Shown here in pieces: positions 38,498 through 47,712 of a stretch of DNA of 64,000 bases (within the stretch, counting starts at the first letter, position 1; each line of letters opens with the position of its first letter). Origin of the DNA: Pontiella sp. Lineage in GTDB: Bacteria > Verrucomicrobiota > Kiritimatiellia > Kiritimatiellales > Pontiellaceae. The position numbers and the translations under genes were made by a program. The notes beneath the pieces are model-generated. The model was not told the DNA's origin. It ran no database searches and was given only the letters and a program-made list of their open reading frames with translations. Location: NCBI GenBank assembly GCA_050290185.1, contig JBNKHE010000003.1:96001-160000 (forward strand). Reading direction: 5' to 3'.

Positions 38498-38942
38498 TCC
38501 CCATAAACGAAGCAAGGCGCTACGCTCGTTCACGCCGACGCGGAAACGGGTGGGGGTCTTCACGATTGCCGTGGCCTTTTGCGATGCCTCCTTGCTCGCC
38601 TTGGCGTTCTTTTTGGCCGTTTCCCCTTTTGTCCTGCAACCGGGAATAAACATCAACTTACCAAAGTCGCCGCTGAGCGGAGGCGCGCGATTTGATTCTA
38701 TGGTGTTGTCGATCACCCGCGGTGGTTGGTTCTATTTCAACGACAAGCGCCTCGATTCCGACCGTCTTGTTGAAGCCTTGGAGATGGCGGCCCATAGGAA
38801 TCCGGGCATGCCGCTGATCATCGAGGCCGACAAGGATGTGGCGCACGGCCGGGTGGTCGAAGCCTGGAACGCAGCCATGTCCGCCGGAATCGGGCAGATA
38901 TCCATCGCTACGGGAATCGCGGCGCTGGAGGAGGCTCCGTGA
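38484..38942 (+). CDS. ExbD/TolR-family protein
   Basis: TM with Asp (FCDASLL), INLP, LIIEADKDV...G. Confidence 0.85.
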   Translation: MKPFDPHKRSKALRSFTPTRKRVGVFTIAVAFCDASLLALAFFLAVSPFVLQPGININLPKSPLSGGARFDSMVLSITRGGWFYFNDKRLDSDRLVEALEMAAHRNPGMPLIIEADKDVAHGRVVEAWNAAMSAGIGQISIATGIAALEEAP

Positions 38943-39673
38943 AGCATTCCCCGTCCAGGGGAATGGTCCTGTCCATTGGAACGGCGGTGCTGATGCACCT
39001 GTTGCTGTTTGCTGTGGCTATACCGGCATATGATGCGGAGTTGCCCTCTATTCCTGTTCCACCCGAGACCTGCTATGCCATGCCTGATGCCAACGAACTG
39101 GTTGATGTGAATACGGTGCGCCTGGTTAATTCTCCAGTCGTTTTTTCGTTGCCGTCGCCGTTGGGCTTCAGCCGGGAGCTGGAGGATCACGATGTACAGA
39201 ACCAGAAAACCTTTACCCCGCTGCACGTCCGTAGCGAATATTTTCTTACGGTGGTTCCCGTTGTGACCGATGCGGGAGACTGTCTGCGTCCTGAACAGAT
39301 GATGATTTCGGCCTCTGTGCGCGAGCCCAGGCTTCCCGTTTCGCCGGCCATGCGGTCTTCTTCGCCGCATTCGAACGCTAAACGCGTGTTGATTTCCCCC
39401 CGTCTGAGCGGGCGCTTGATGGGCGGGGTTGTGTTGCCCTCGGACTTGAACCAAGCGGTAGAAAAGCCATGGGTGGTCCATGCTTCGGTCCGCATCTCCG
39501 AGCAAGGTGCGGTGGAGCATGTCTTTCTGGATGAGCCTCTCGATTCGCCGGTGCTGAACCAGCAGGTTCTGCAGGTGCTTTATGGCCTGCGTTTTCAACC
39601 CGGTCCAGCCATGGAAAGCAGCATCGAAATATACTCTCCTGAAACCGATATCCAGACCGGGAGGACGAAATGA
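38939..39673 (+). CDS. TonB-like protein (N-terminal anchor, TonB_C-like end)
   Basis: TM SIGTAVLMH; C-terminus VRISEQGAVEHV...LNQQVLQVLYGLRFQP. Confidence 0.6.
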   Translation: MKHSPSRGMVLSIGTAVLMHLLLFAVAIPAYDAELPSIPVPPETCYAMPDANELVDVNTVRLVNSPVVFSLPSPLGFSRELEDHDVQNQKTFTPLHVRSEYFLTVVPVVTDAGDCLRPEQMMISASVREPRLPVSPAMRSSSPHSNAKRVLISPRLSGRLMGGVVLPSDLNQAVEKPWVVHASVRISEQGAVEHVFLDEPLDSPVLNQQVLQVLYGLRFQPGPAMESSIEIYSPETDIQTGRTK

Positions 39674-39900
39674 TCGCGCTGGAACCGGCGACTATTCTGG
39701 TGTTCTTTGTGAGTGTGCCATTGCTGGTGACAGCCGTGTTGGCGCTGTTTTATGCCATGCGTTCGCTGCATCGTCCGATGCGCTCCCATGAAAGCATCTA
39801 CGAATGCGCCCATTGCGGGCATGTCTATGCTATTGCACGTAGCCGTCCCATGGACCGGTGTCCCCGCTGCGGTACGCTGAACGACGCTGTCGGGACATAA
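39670..39900 (+). CDS. Small membrane-anchored Zn-ribbon protein
   Basis: One TM then CAHC and CPRC; ATGA-coupled. Confidence 0.75.
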   Translation: MIALEPATILVFFVSVPLLVTAVLALFYAMRSLHRPMRSHESIYECAHCGHVYAIARSRPMDRCPRCGTLNDAVGT

Positions 39901-39904
39901 TCTT

Positions 39905-41524
39905 CTAGGTTAACGGGCCGCCGGGTTTATCGTTGATGACCGTATCGGCCGCGTTCTGCGAAGGCTCTGGATGGTCGGCCATGTAGTGCAGGCCGCGGGT
40001 TTCCTTGCGCTGTTCGGCGGAACGGATAATCAGCTCTGCAACGTCGGCGATATTGCGCAGTTCGAGCAGGTCGGAGGTGACGAGGTAGTCGCCATAGTAT
40101 TCTTTGATCTCCTGCCGCAGGTTGCGTATACGCGCCCGGGCCCGGGCCAGCCGGCGGTCGGAGCGGACGATGCCGACATAGTCCCACATGGCGGTGCGCA
40201 CTTCGTTCCAGTTGTGTTCAACCACCACCGCTTCATCGGATGAGACCGCTTCGCCGCATCGCCAGGGGGGAATCGGTACTTCTTCACGGAAATCCTGCCA
40301 GACTCTGGAAATTTCAAGGGCGGTTTCGTGCCCGCAAACGAGGGCTTCGAGCAGGGAGTTGCTGGCCAGACGGTTGGCACCATGGAGGCCGGTGCTGGCG
40401 ACCTCGCCGCAGGCATAGAGGCCGGGCAGGGCAGTGGTACCGTTGACCTCGGCCACGACGCCGCCGCAGGAGTAGTGAGCGGCCGGTACGACGGGGATGG
40501 GATCCTTCGCCATGTTTATTCCGTAGTGCAGACAGGCCGCATAGAGATTGGGAAAACGTTCGCGCAAAAATAATTCCGAGCGGTGGGTAATGTCGAGGTA
40601 CACATAGGGGTCGCCGTGCTTCTTCATGACAGAGTCAATGGCCCGGGCGGTAATGTCCCGTGTGGCCAGCGAGCCGCGTTTGTCGAAATCCTTCATGAAG
40701 GATTTCCCCCGGATATCCTTCAGCTCGGCGCCTTCGCCGCGGACGGCTTCGGAAATCAGGAAAGATTTGGCCTCCGGATGGTAGAGACAGGTGGGATGAA
40801 ACTGGACGAACTCCATGTTGCGGACGGGTAACCCGGCCCGCCAGGCCATGGCCACGCCGTCGCCGGTGGCAATGTCGGGGTTGGAAGTATAGGGATAGAC
40901 TTTGCCGAGTCCGCCGGAGGCCAGTACGGTGCAGGCGGCATGGACCGGAAAGATTTCGTTGGAGGTCTTGTCGAGAAGGTAGGCGCCGACACAACGGTTG
41001 CTTCCGGGGTGACCGATCCATTCGGTGGTAACGAGGTCAATCGCCATCAGGTTTTCCCGGATGGTGATATTATCCTGTTCGCGGGCGTGTTCGATCAGGC
41101 CCTGCATCATGGCCTGTCCGGTAATATCGCCGGCGTGCAGAACCCGGCGGTGCGAATGCCCGCCTTCCTGTCCAAGATCATACTCGTTTTCGTAACCCTT
41201 GCGCCGGCGGCGGTCGAACTCAATACCCATTTGTTCGAGTTCCATGATCCGTTCGTAACCACTTCCGACGATATGGCGTACAATGTCGATATCGCTTAGG
41301 CCCTGGCCGGTATTCAGCGTGTCCTGCACATGGGCCTCGATGGAGTCCTTGGGATCCACAACGCAGGCAATGCCGCCTTGGGCATAAAAGCTGTTGCACT
41401 CCGATGCATTGACCTTGCTCGCCACCAGCACGGTGCCGTGTTTGCTCAGTTCCATGGCGGCGGTCAATCCGGCAAGGCCGGAACCGATTACAAGAAAGTC
41501 GACGTTTTTATGGGTGTTATTCAT
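39905..41524 (-). CDS. nadB: L-aspartate oxidase
   Basis: IGSGLAG, AQGGIA, EGGHSHRR, QFHPT, HGANRLASNSL, ETRGLH. Confidence 0.95.
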   Translation of the reverse strand: MNNTHKNVDFLVIGSGLAGLTAAMELSKHGTVLVASKVNASECNSFYAQGGIACVVDPKDSIEAHVQDTLNTGQGLSDIDIVRHIVGSGYERIMELEQMGIEFDRRRRKGYENEYDLGQEGGHSHRRVLHAGDITGQAMMQGLIEHAREQDNITIRENLMAIDLVTTEWIGHPGSNRCVGAYLLDKTSNEIFPVHAACTVLASGGLGKVYPYTSNPDIATGDGVAMAWRAGLPVRNMEFVQFHPTCLYHPEAKSFLISEAVRGEGAELKDIRGKSFMKDFDKRGSLATRDITARAIDSVMKKHGDPYVYLDITHRSELFLRERFPNLYAACLHYGINMAKDPIPVVPAAHYSCGGVVAEVNGTTALPGLYACGEVASTGLHGANRLASNSLLEALVCGHETALEISRVWQDFREEVPIPPWRCGEAVSSDEAVVVEHNWNEVRTAMWDYVGIVRSDRRLARARARIRNLRQEIKEYYGDYLVTSDLLELRNIADVAELIIRSAEQRKETRGLHYMADHPEPSQNAADTVINDKPGGPLT

Positions 41525-41793
41525 GACTGTTGCCGGATGGCTTCCTTCTCCGATTCCGCATCGTTTTTAAGTTTTACGATTTGTTCCTGACGGGTCTGCT
41601 GGATAAACGCGGCTTTGGCGGGATCGTTTTCGGAGGTCAGCTGCTGATCGAACATGATTTCGGTTTCGGCGATCTTTGCCTTCATCCTCGAATCAATTTC
41701 GGCGATCGCCGTTTTTTGCTCATCGGTTAGTTTGTTGGATCCGCCGCCTGCGCGTTCCATCGCCAGTTCGTATGCACTCTTAATTCCGCTCAT
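41521..41793 (-). CDS. Small helical hypothetical protein
   Basis: SD GGAG; KSAYELAMER...LTDEQKxAIAEID; ATGA-coupled to nadB. Confidence 0.75.
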   Translation of the reverse strand: MSGIKSAYELAMERAGGGSNKLTDEQKTAIAEIDSRMKAKIAETEIMFDQQLTSENDPAKAAFIQQTRQEQIVKLKNDAESEKEAIRQQS

Positions 41794-42221
41794 ATACTTC
41801 TCCGTTTTCCTTGGAATATACGTACTGCCAGGGACAACTTCAATCGGTAAGCCGCGTTTCCGCATTGTCCGGGTAGACGGTGACGGAGGGCATTCATCAG
41901 GTCCGGCCAGCGAGCGATCTCGCCATGGAATACGATCTTGCAATGGATACCATTGTTATTTTCCGAGGGGGATGCCGGATAGTCCTGAGGTATTTTGAAA
42001 TGGCTGGTTCCTTATGCGATTTCTTCCGGATAAGCGGTTTTCAGAGCATCTGTTTTACATAGTTTTTTGCGATGCGGGTTCTTCGGTTTTTCTGCTTCCC
42101 GATATTCCGGTGGTAATCTTCAGGTCTTCCCCATTGTCTCACCTGGCATATTAACGGGTAAGATCATCAAGTATGGGGGATCGGAAAATTCTATTGGAAA
42201 CGCTGACGTAGAACCGGGTGG

Positions 42222-43301
42222 TCAGTCTTCCATTTGCTGTTTGATGCGCACCTCGACGTCATGTTCGTAAAGTGCGGTCAGGATCTCATCGAGATCGCCT
42301 TCCATAACACGGTCGAGCTTGTATAGCGTAAGGTTGATGCGGTGATCGGTGAGGCGGTTTTGCGGATAGTTGTAGGTGCGGATTTTTTCCGAGCGATCGC
42401 CGGATCCGACCATGGATTTGCGTTCGCTGGCTTCGGCTTCGGCAATCTTGCGTTGCTGGTCGTCGTAGAGCCGGGCTCGCAGCACCTTCAATGCGGCGGC
42501 CTTGTTCTTGTGCTGCGAGCGTTCGTCCTGACACTGAACGACGACGCCGGTGGGGATGTGGGTGATGCGAATGGCGGAGTCGGTGGTGTTAACGTGTTGT
42601 CCGCCCGCACCCTGAGCGCGGTAGGTGTCGATGCGTAGATCTTCGGTGCGCACTTCGATATCAACTTCTTCGGCTTCGGCTAAAACAGCAACGGTGGCCG
42701 CCGATGTATGTACGCGGCCCTGTGTTTCGGTTTGGGGAACACGTTGCACGCGATGGGTTCCGCCCTCGTGCTTCAAGGACTTGTAGACCTCTTCGCCTTC
42801 TACGGTGAAGGAAACTTCTTTATAGCCACCGTCGGAGGGGCTGACATCCAGCACTTTGTGCTTCCATCCTTTGGCGTCGAAGTAGCGCGTATACATGCGG
42901 TAGAGGTCGCTGCAGAAGATGCCGGCTTCGTCGCCGCCGGTTCCCGCACGGATTTCCATGATGACATTGCGGCTGTCGGTGGGGTCGGGGGGGATGAGGG
43001 ACACCATCATGTCGCGTTCGGCCTGTGGCAGTTTTTCCCCGATATCCGCCAGTTCCATTTCCGCCATTTCGCGCAGCTCCTCGTCGGAGCCGGCATCGGC
43101 CAGTATCGCTTCGCTTTCGGCTTTGGCATCGGTTAGGTCCAGAACGGTCTTGGCACACGCGGCCAGATTTTTTTGATGCGCATATTCTCTCATGCATTCC
43201 TGCATCTTATTCGGATCAGAGGAGACCTCGGGCTGCGACATGCGCGTTTCAAGTTCGCGGAGCTTGGATTCGAGCTGGTCGAGATATGCGTGATCAATCA
43301 T
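42222..43301 (-). CDS. prfA: Peptide chain release factor 1
   Basis: [11 protein letters not shown], PxT (VPQT), [16 protein letters not shown]. Confidence 0.97.
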   Translation of the reverse strand: MIDHAYLDQLESKLRELETRMSQPEVSSDPNKMQECMREYAHQKNLAACAKTVLDLTDAKAESEAILADAGSDEELREMAEMELADIGEKLPQAERDMMVSLIPPDPTDSRNVIMEIRAGTGGDEAGIFCSDLYRMYTRYFDAKGWKHKVLDVSPSDGGYKEVSFTVEGEEVYKSLKHEGGTHRVQRVPQTETQGRVHTSAATVAVLAEAEEVDIEVRTEDLRIDTYRAQGAGGQHVNTTDSAIRITHIPTGVVVQCQDERSQHKNKAAALKVLRARLYDDQQRKIAEAEASERKSMVGSGDRSEKIRTYNYPQNRLTDHRINLTLYKLDRVMEGDLDEILTALYEHDVEVRIKQQMED

Positions 43302-43338
43302 GGAGACCTACTGGTTGAGGGTAAAATGGTCTGGACAC

Positions 43339-43374
43339 AAAAAGGCCGAACATGCTTTCGCAGGTTCGGCCATT
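43339..43374 (-). terminator. Terminator-like hairpin after rpmE
   Basis: GGCCGAAC...GTTCGGCC with T-run on the minus strand. Confidence 0.6.
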
Positions 43375-43387
43375 GCAATCTAGTCGA

Positions 43388-43594
43388 CTAGTAAGTGCCT
43401 TCTGCGAAGCGCTTCTTGAAGCGGTCCACACGGCCTTCGGTGTCGATCAACTTGGCGCTGCCGGTGAAGAACGGGTGGCAGCTGGAGCAGGTGTTGACGT
43501 GCATTTCCTTGACGGTCGAGCGAGTGTTGATCTCGTTGCCGCAGGCGCAGCGAATGACTGCTTCATTATAATTCGGGTGAATATCTTTTTTCAT
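43388..43594 (-). CDS. rpmE: 50S ribosomal protein L31 (Zn-binding type)
   Basis: [27 protein letters not shown]. Confidence 0.97.
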   Translation of the reverse strand: MKKDIHPNYNEAVIRCACGNEINTRSTVKEMHVNTCSSCHPFFTGSAKLIDTEGRVDRFKKRFAEGTY

Positions 43595-43703
43595 GTCTAA
43601 AATCCTCGTGTTCAATTGGGAGCGTGGTTTTTAAACAAACCGGGCCATGCAACGCAAGGCTAACTTTAGTTTTTTTAGAGGCTTTTGGCCTGTTTTCAGG
43701 GAG

Positions 43704-44651
43704 CTATGTTGCCGAGGGAAGATCTTTGCGCGAGTAGCCGACCTCGGCCAGAACCTTGTCGGTGGTCTGGAAGTGGCACTTGGCGGTATCAAGCAAGATG
43801 CCGGGGCCCTTGTAGGCGACCAGTTTTTCAGCTTCGCGGCGCACTTTCTCGGAGGCTCCTTTGGGGACTTCAAAGCTATATTCCTTACCCATCTTTTTCA
43901 GGGCATAAATAAAACCTGCGCGTGCGAGAATCGAGGCGGCCGCTACGGCGGGGTCGGACTCCGCTTTTGTACGTTGATCCAGTTTGATCCTTCGGCCTTT
44001 GTCCAGAAGAGCCCGTTCTATCTGATGGGTGGGGCCGAATTTGTCGGATAAGGCGCGGGGGCAGTCGGGTACTTTTTCCAGCAGGTTTTCAATGGCGCGG
44101 GCATGCCCCCATGCCAGCATTTTATTAACATTGCGGATTTTCGCATACATCCGGTTGTAGGAGCGCGGACCGATGGTTACCAACGCACATCGGTCGCCTA
44201 GCAGCTTGCGGATATCGCGGGCCATATTCAGCGCGACGTTGTCGGAAGAAATTTTCTTGCTGTCCCGTACCCCCATCTCGCGCAGTTTGTGTACAAGACC
44301 CTCGTCGACATAGGCCGATGCGATTACCAGTGGTCCGAAAAAATCGCCTTTTCCGCTTTCATCAATACCCATATGGGGATTGAACGCTTCGGGATCCTGG
44401 AGGTCTTCGTAGCCGATGATGGCTTCTTTGAGAATTTCGGGTTCCAGTGTGAATGTAATCCATTCCTGGGCGCCCTTTCCTTGAACCAGTAGTTTTCCTG
44501 ATTTGTAAAGGTTTATTCTGCAGTCAGGGATCGAGACTGCAATTTTTGTGTGCGGGACGCTTTCCTGAAGATATTTTGGATTTCGCAACAATGCGGACAA
44601 GGCTTCCTGTTGCTCCTCATCTAATTTGAATGTAAAAGAATTTGTGCTCAT
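43704..44651 (-). CDS. rnhC: Ribonuclease HIII
   Basis: N-terminal TBP-like YKSGKLLVQGK; GIDESGKGDFFGPL, GVRDSK, VAAASILAR. Confidence 0.93.
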   Translation of the reverse strand: MSTNSFTFKLDEEQQEALSALLRNPKYLQESVPHTKIAVSIPDCRINLYKSGKLLVQGKGAQEWITFTLEPEILKEAIIGYEDLQDPEAFNPHMGIDESGKGDFFGPLVIASAYVDEGLVHKLREMGVRDSKKISSDNVALNMARDIRKLLGDRCALVTIGPRSYNRMYAKIRNVNKMLAWGHARAIENLLEKVPDCPRALSDKFGPTHQIERALLDKGRRIKLDQRTKAESDPAVAAASILARAGFIYALKKMGKEYSFEVPKGASEKVRREAEKLVAYKGPGILLDTAKCHFQTTDKVLAEVGYSRKDLPSAT

Positions 44652-44752
44652 TCAGGAATCCATACTATACAAAAGATGCTTTAGCTAATTAGAAATGGGC
44701 ATAAGTCGGATGAGGACGTTTTTCTGCCGCATTTCGCTTTGGGGTTAAACAG

Positions 44753-45214
44753 GTGAAATTAAACAGGCAATCTCTATCCATAGCAATCATCGGGGCCTTT
44801 TTGCTGACGACGCATGCTGGGGGGGCGCAGCTGAGCGCCGGCGAGGGCATGCCTGTTCCCAGTCATGCCGATGCTGCTGTGATCTTTGCCAAATACTCCG
44901 GCTTGTTCGATGAATATGTGTCAGAAGAAGCATCGCTTAATGAATGTGTTGCATTCTTGAATAGAAATGGAATATATTTCGGACTTCTTGAGGTTGTAAA
45001 TGGGTCCGATTTCACGCTTCACGACTGCGCAAGAGTGATGGGGCAGATGAATCTGGTCTTCTCGGGGGAGGCTGAATATTTGGCCGGCAAGGTAAAGTTA
45101 CCTTCAGGTATTGATTCGTGGGACGAATTCTGTATTTTAAATGATGTGAAGTACGTTCAAGGGTATGAAAGCTTGACGGAAACTCTTGTTATGTTGCGTG
45201 ATTTATTCCAATAG
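44753..45214 (+). CDS. Secreted hypothetical protein, possible divergent SLH-like fold
   Basis: Signal peptide; SHADAAVIFAKYSGL...ECVAFLNRNGI...FTLHDCARVM. Confidence 0.6.
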   Translation: MKLNRQSLSIAIIGAFLLTTHAGGAQLSAGEGMPVPSHADAAVIFAKYSGLFDEYVSEEASLNECVAFLNRNGIYFGLLEVVNGSDFTLHDCARVMGQMNLVFSGEAEYLAGKVKLPSGIDSWDEFCILNDVKYVQGYESLTETLVMLRDLFQ

Positions 45215-45277
45215 ATAAACTTGCGGATTAAAGAGTAATGTGGTTGTGTGTATCAAACCTAAATAGAGGATCGTGGT

Positions 45278-45826
45278 ATGAATAGACAAAGTTGGGTAGT
45301 TGCATTGATGGTCGGTTTGCTGACTTTTACCGGAATGGTTAACCAAGCGGATGCGCAATCGGCAGTGCCTGGCGATGTTGCTGCCAAGCTAGCCGCCGCC
45401 GAGGAAGCTGTTGCTCAGGCACGGGATGCCATCTCGAAAGGCAAGGAGCTGGTGGCACAGATTCCTGAAGACTCTCCGTATCTTCCGGAAGTCACCAAGA
45501 TGTTGCAGGCCGCGTCTTCTAATTGGAAGATGGCCGTGGAGTCGCTAAAAGGTGCGACTGAAAGTTCGCTAAAGATTTCTACAGCGTCCACCGAGGCCCT
45601 GTCCAAGGATTACGCATTGCTCGCCAAGGTAAACTCGGATGTAGCCCTCTCTGGTGCGAAGGTGGTTCAAATCGGTTTGGCTTATGTGGAAGCCGTCGCA
45701 ATGAACAAAACGGAAGCACTCGATCTGATTCGCGGCGTGATGCAGGATGCGCTCGCTGCTTCTTCTCAGGTGCAGTTTAACTATGATCGGGTGAAAAGCC
45801 TCATCTCGGAAAAGTACGCTAACTAA
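45278..45826 (+). CDS. Secreted Ala-rich all-helical hypothetical protein
   Basis: SD GAGG; signal peptide ending ADA; amphipathic helices. Confidence 0.7.
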   Translation: MNRQSWVVALMVGLLTFTGMVNQADAQSAVPGDVAAKLAAAEEAVAQARDAISKGKELVAQIPEDSPYLPEVTKMLQAASSNWKMAVESLKGATESSLKISTASTEALSKDYALLAKVNSDVALSGAKVVQIGLAYVEAVAMNKTEALDLIRGVMQDALAASSQVQFNYDRVKSLISEKYAN

Positions 45827-45837
45827 AGGAGCCGGTA

Positions 45838-46413
45838 ATGAAAAAGAATCTATTTTTAAAAAGTGGCGTGCTCGCCCTGTTGTGCGCAACGGTATTTGTT
45901 GGCCAGTCTAAGGCGGCGGGTTTAGAAGAAGCTGCCGGTGTTATGGCCGAGGTTGAATCCATGTCTGTTAGTGCGAAAGCCAATCTGGCCGACGCCGCGC
46001 TCGGTGGGGATACGGAGGCCATTGCTGAAGCTAAGAAACGTTCGGATGCCATCGATGCCGCAGTTGCAGATGCGCGCGAAGCCTTTGCAAAACTGGAAGT
46101 GAACACGAAGAGCGGTGATGCGGATGCTGCTGAAACATCCGAAGATGATCTGGCCGCCGCGTTGGTTCAGGTCAAGGATGCTTTGATGGGTGCGATTCCG
46201 GAATCGATGACTGCGCAGGTTGATAAAAATAAATCCAAGAAGCACGCAGGCGGGAAGCCCGGCAAACCTAATGATCCGCCGAATATCAATGAAGTTCCTT
46301 GGAAGTCGCAGGGCATCAAGGCTTATTACCAAGGTTTGTTCGGAGAGTTTTGGAACGCATCTGCTTTCGGTCATGCAAGTGGCTTTGGCGACCGTGACGC
46401 TACGCCGGAGTAA
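45838..46413 (+). CDS. Secreted Ala/Asp-rich helical protein with Pro/Gly tail
   Basis: SD AAGGAG; signal peptide; ends ...GFGDRDATPE. Confidence 0.7.
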   Translation: MKKNLFLKSGVLALLCATVFVGQSKAAGLEEAAGVMAEVESMSVSAKANLADAALGGDTEAIAEAKKRSDAIDAAVADAREAFAKLEVNTKSGDADAAETSEDDLAAALVQVKDALMGAIPESMTAQVDKNKSKKHAGGKPGKPNDPPNINEVPWKSQGIKAYYQGLFGEFWNASAFGHASGFGDRDATPE

Positions 46414-46456
46414 GGGGATCTAGGGTTGAATAACTCGATATAAGGGAGTTTTTATC

Positions 46457-47629
46457 ATGAGTAGTAAAACGTTTTGTTTGTCTGTTGCGGCTGTGTTGGT
46501 CGCGGTATCCGCCTTCTCCGAGCAGGAGCGTGTAATTCGTATTCAGAATCATCTGAGATTTGGTTTGGATGATAATATCTATGTGAATTCCTCCGAGCAG
46601 GATTCGGCCGAAGTTATGGATGTTCTGAATATATCCGGGAAGCTTAATTTTTCGAGCAGGTCTGATGCCGTATTCTCCTATCAACCGGAAGTTCGTTATC
46701 GTTTTGATGGAGATCCGAAAACGGTTACCTTTCATGATCTGTATGGAAAACTCGACCATGCCGTCTCCCAGCGGGTGTTCCTGACGGTTTCTGATCGGTT
46801 GCGGTACCAATTGCGCGATGCTCAGGCGGGTCAGGTTAATCGAACAGATTCCAACTACTTGAACAATGATTTGATGGGTGCGGCAGATATCACGCTGAGC
46901 TCCTTGAGCAAGCTCAAGGTGGGTGGCGGATATGAATTCAGAACGTGGGATGATGACAACTATGGGATGACCCTCGGAAACAACTATGACACATATACGG
47001 CCAGTCTTTCGCTCTTCAGGGAGTTGAGGAAGGGTACGACCCAGGGCATGGTTGGGGTGGAACAGGCTAATACCGAGTATGACGGTAGCCGGGGGAGTTT
47101 TGATAGGACTGCGCTGATGGTGGGCGCAGACCATACCTTCAACCCGAACATGACAGGCTTTGCTCGGGTGGGTGCATCACTTAATTCCATAGATACCGAA
47201 CTGGCGTCCGATGACTCAAGCACCCCGTATGTGGATGCCGGTCTTGACTACAATCCGACGGAAAAAACGAGCTTTAACGGTAATGTTGGCTACTCGGCTT
47301 ACCGTGCACAGAATTCATTCTATAATTCACAGGATCAGTTAATAATTGGGGTCGGTGTCCGTCATGACTTTACCGCGAAGATAAACGTTGCCAGTTCGCT
47401 GTCCTATATCATGAGTTCGTATGATGGTGCCGTGGTAACTCCGGTCGGAACTGTTGGCTTGGATACGAATGACGATTCGTTGCGGTTCAGTGTGCGCGGG
47501 ACTTATCAGATCAACCGCAACAACTTTTTGGAGCTCGGCTATGAGTTTACCGACCGTTCGGTTGATACGACTCTGTTGCCTGAGTTCACTCGAAATCGTA
47601 TGGATATAGGTTGGCGTCTCCGTCTCTAA
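46457..47629 (+). CDS. Outer-membrane beta-barrel (BBP2/EpsX-like, polysaccharide-export associated)
   Basis: Signal peptide; FGLDDNI near the N-terminus; alternating beta-strands; terminal strand NRMDIGWRLRL. Confidence 0.8.
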   Translation: MSSKTFCLSVAAVLVAVSAFSEQERVIRIQNHLRFGLDDNIYVNSSEQDSAEVMDVLNISGKLNFSSRSDAVFSYQPEVRYRFDGDPKTVTFHDLYGKLDHAVSQRVFLTVSDRLRYQLRDAQAGQVNRTDSNYLNNDLMGAADITLSSLSKLKVGGGYEFRTWDDDNYGMTLGNNYDTYTASLSLFRELRKGTTQGMVGVEQANTEYDGSRGSFDRTALMVGADHTFNPNMTGFARVGASLNSIDTELASDDSSTPYVDAGLDYNPTEKTSFNGNVGYSAYRAQNSFYNSQDQLIIGVGVRHDFTAKINVASSLSYIMSSYDGAVVTPVGTVGLDTNDDSLRFSVRGTYQINRNNFLELGYEFTDRSVDTTLLPEFTRNRMDIGWRLRL

Positions 47630-47662
47630 CCGTTCGCTTTCTTTCAGTTTTGATTTGAATGC

Positions 47663-47702
47663 CAAGGTGGTGAAAGTTTACTTTCTCCACCTTGTTTTTT
47701 TA
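47663..47702 (+). terminator. Long hairpin with U-tract between the barrel gene and wzc
   Basis: CAAGGTGGTGAAAGT-TT-ACTTTCTCCACCTTG (14/15 paired) then TTTTTTT. Confidence 0.6.
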
Positions 47703-47712
47703 ACTTGGAGTA

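Noticed and set aside
43704..44651. RNase HIII as a horizontally acquired oddity
   Set aside because: RNase HIII is known from PVC members such as Chlamydiae; no mobility signs nearby.
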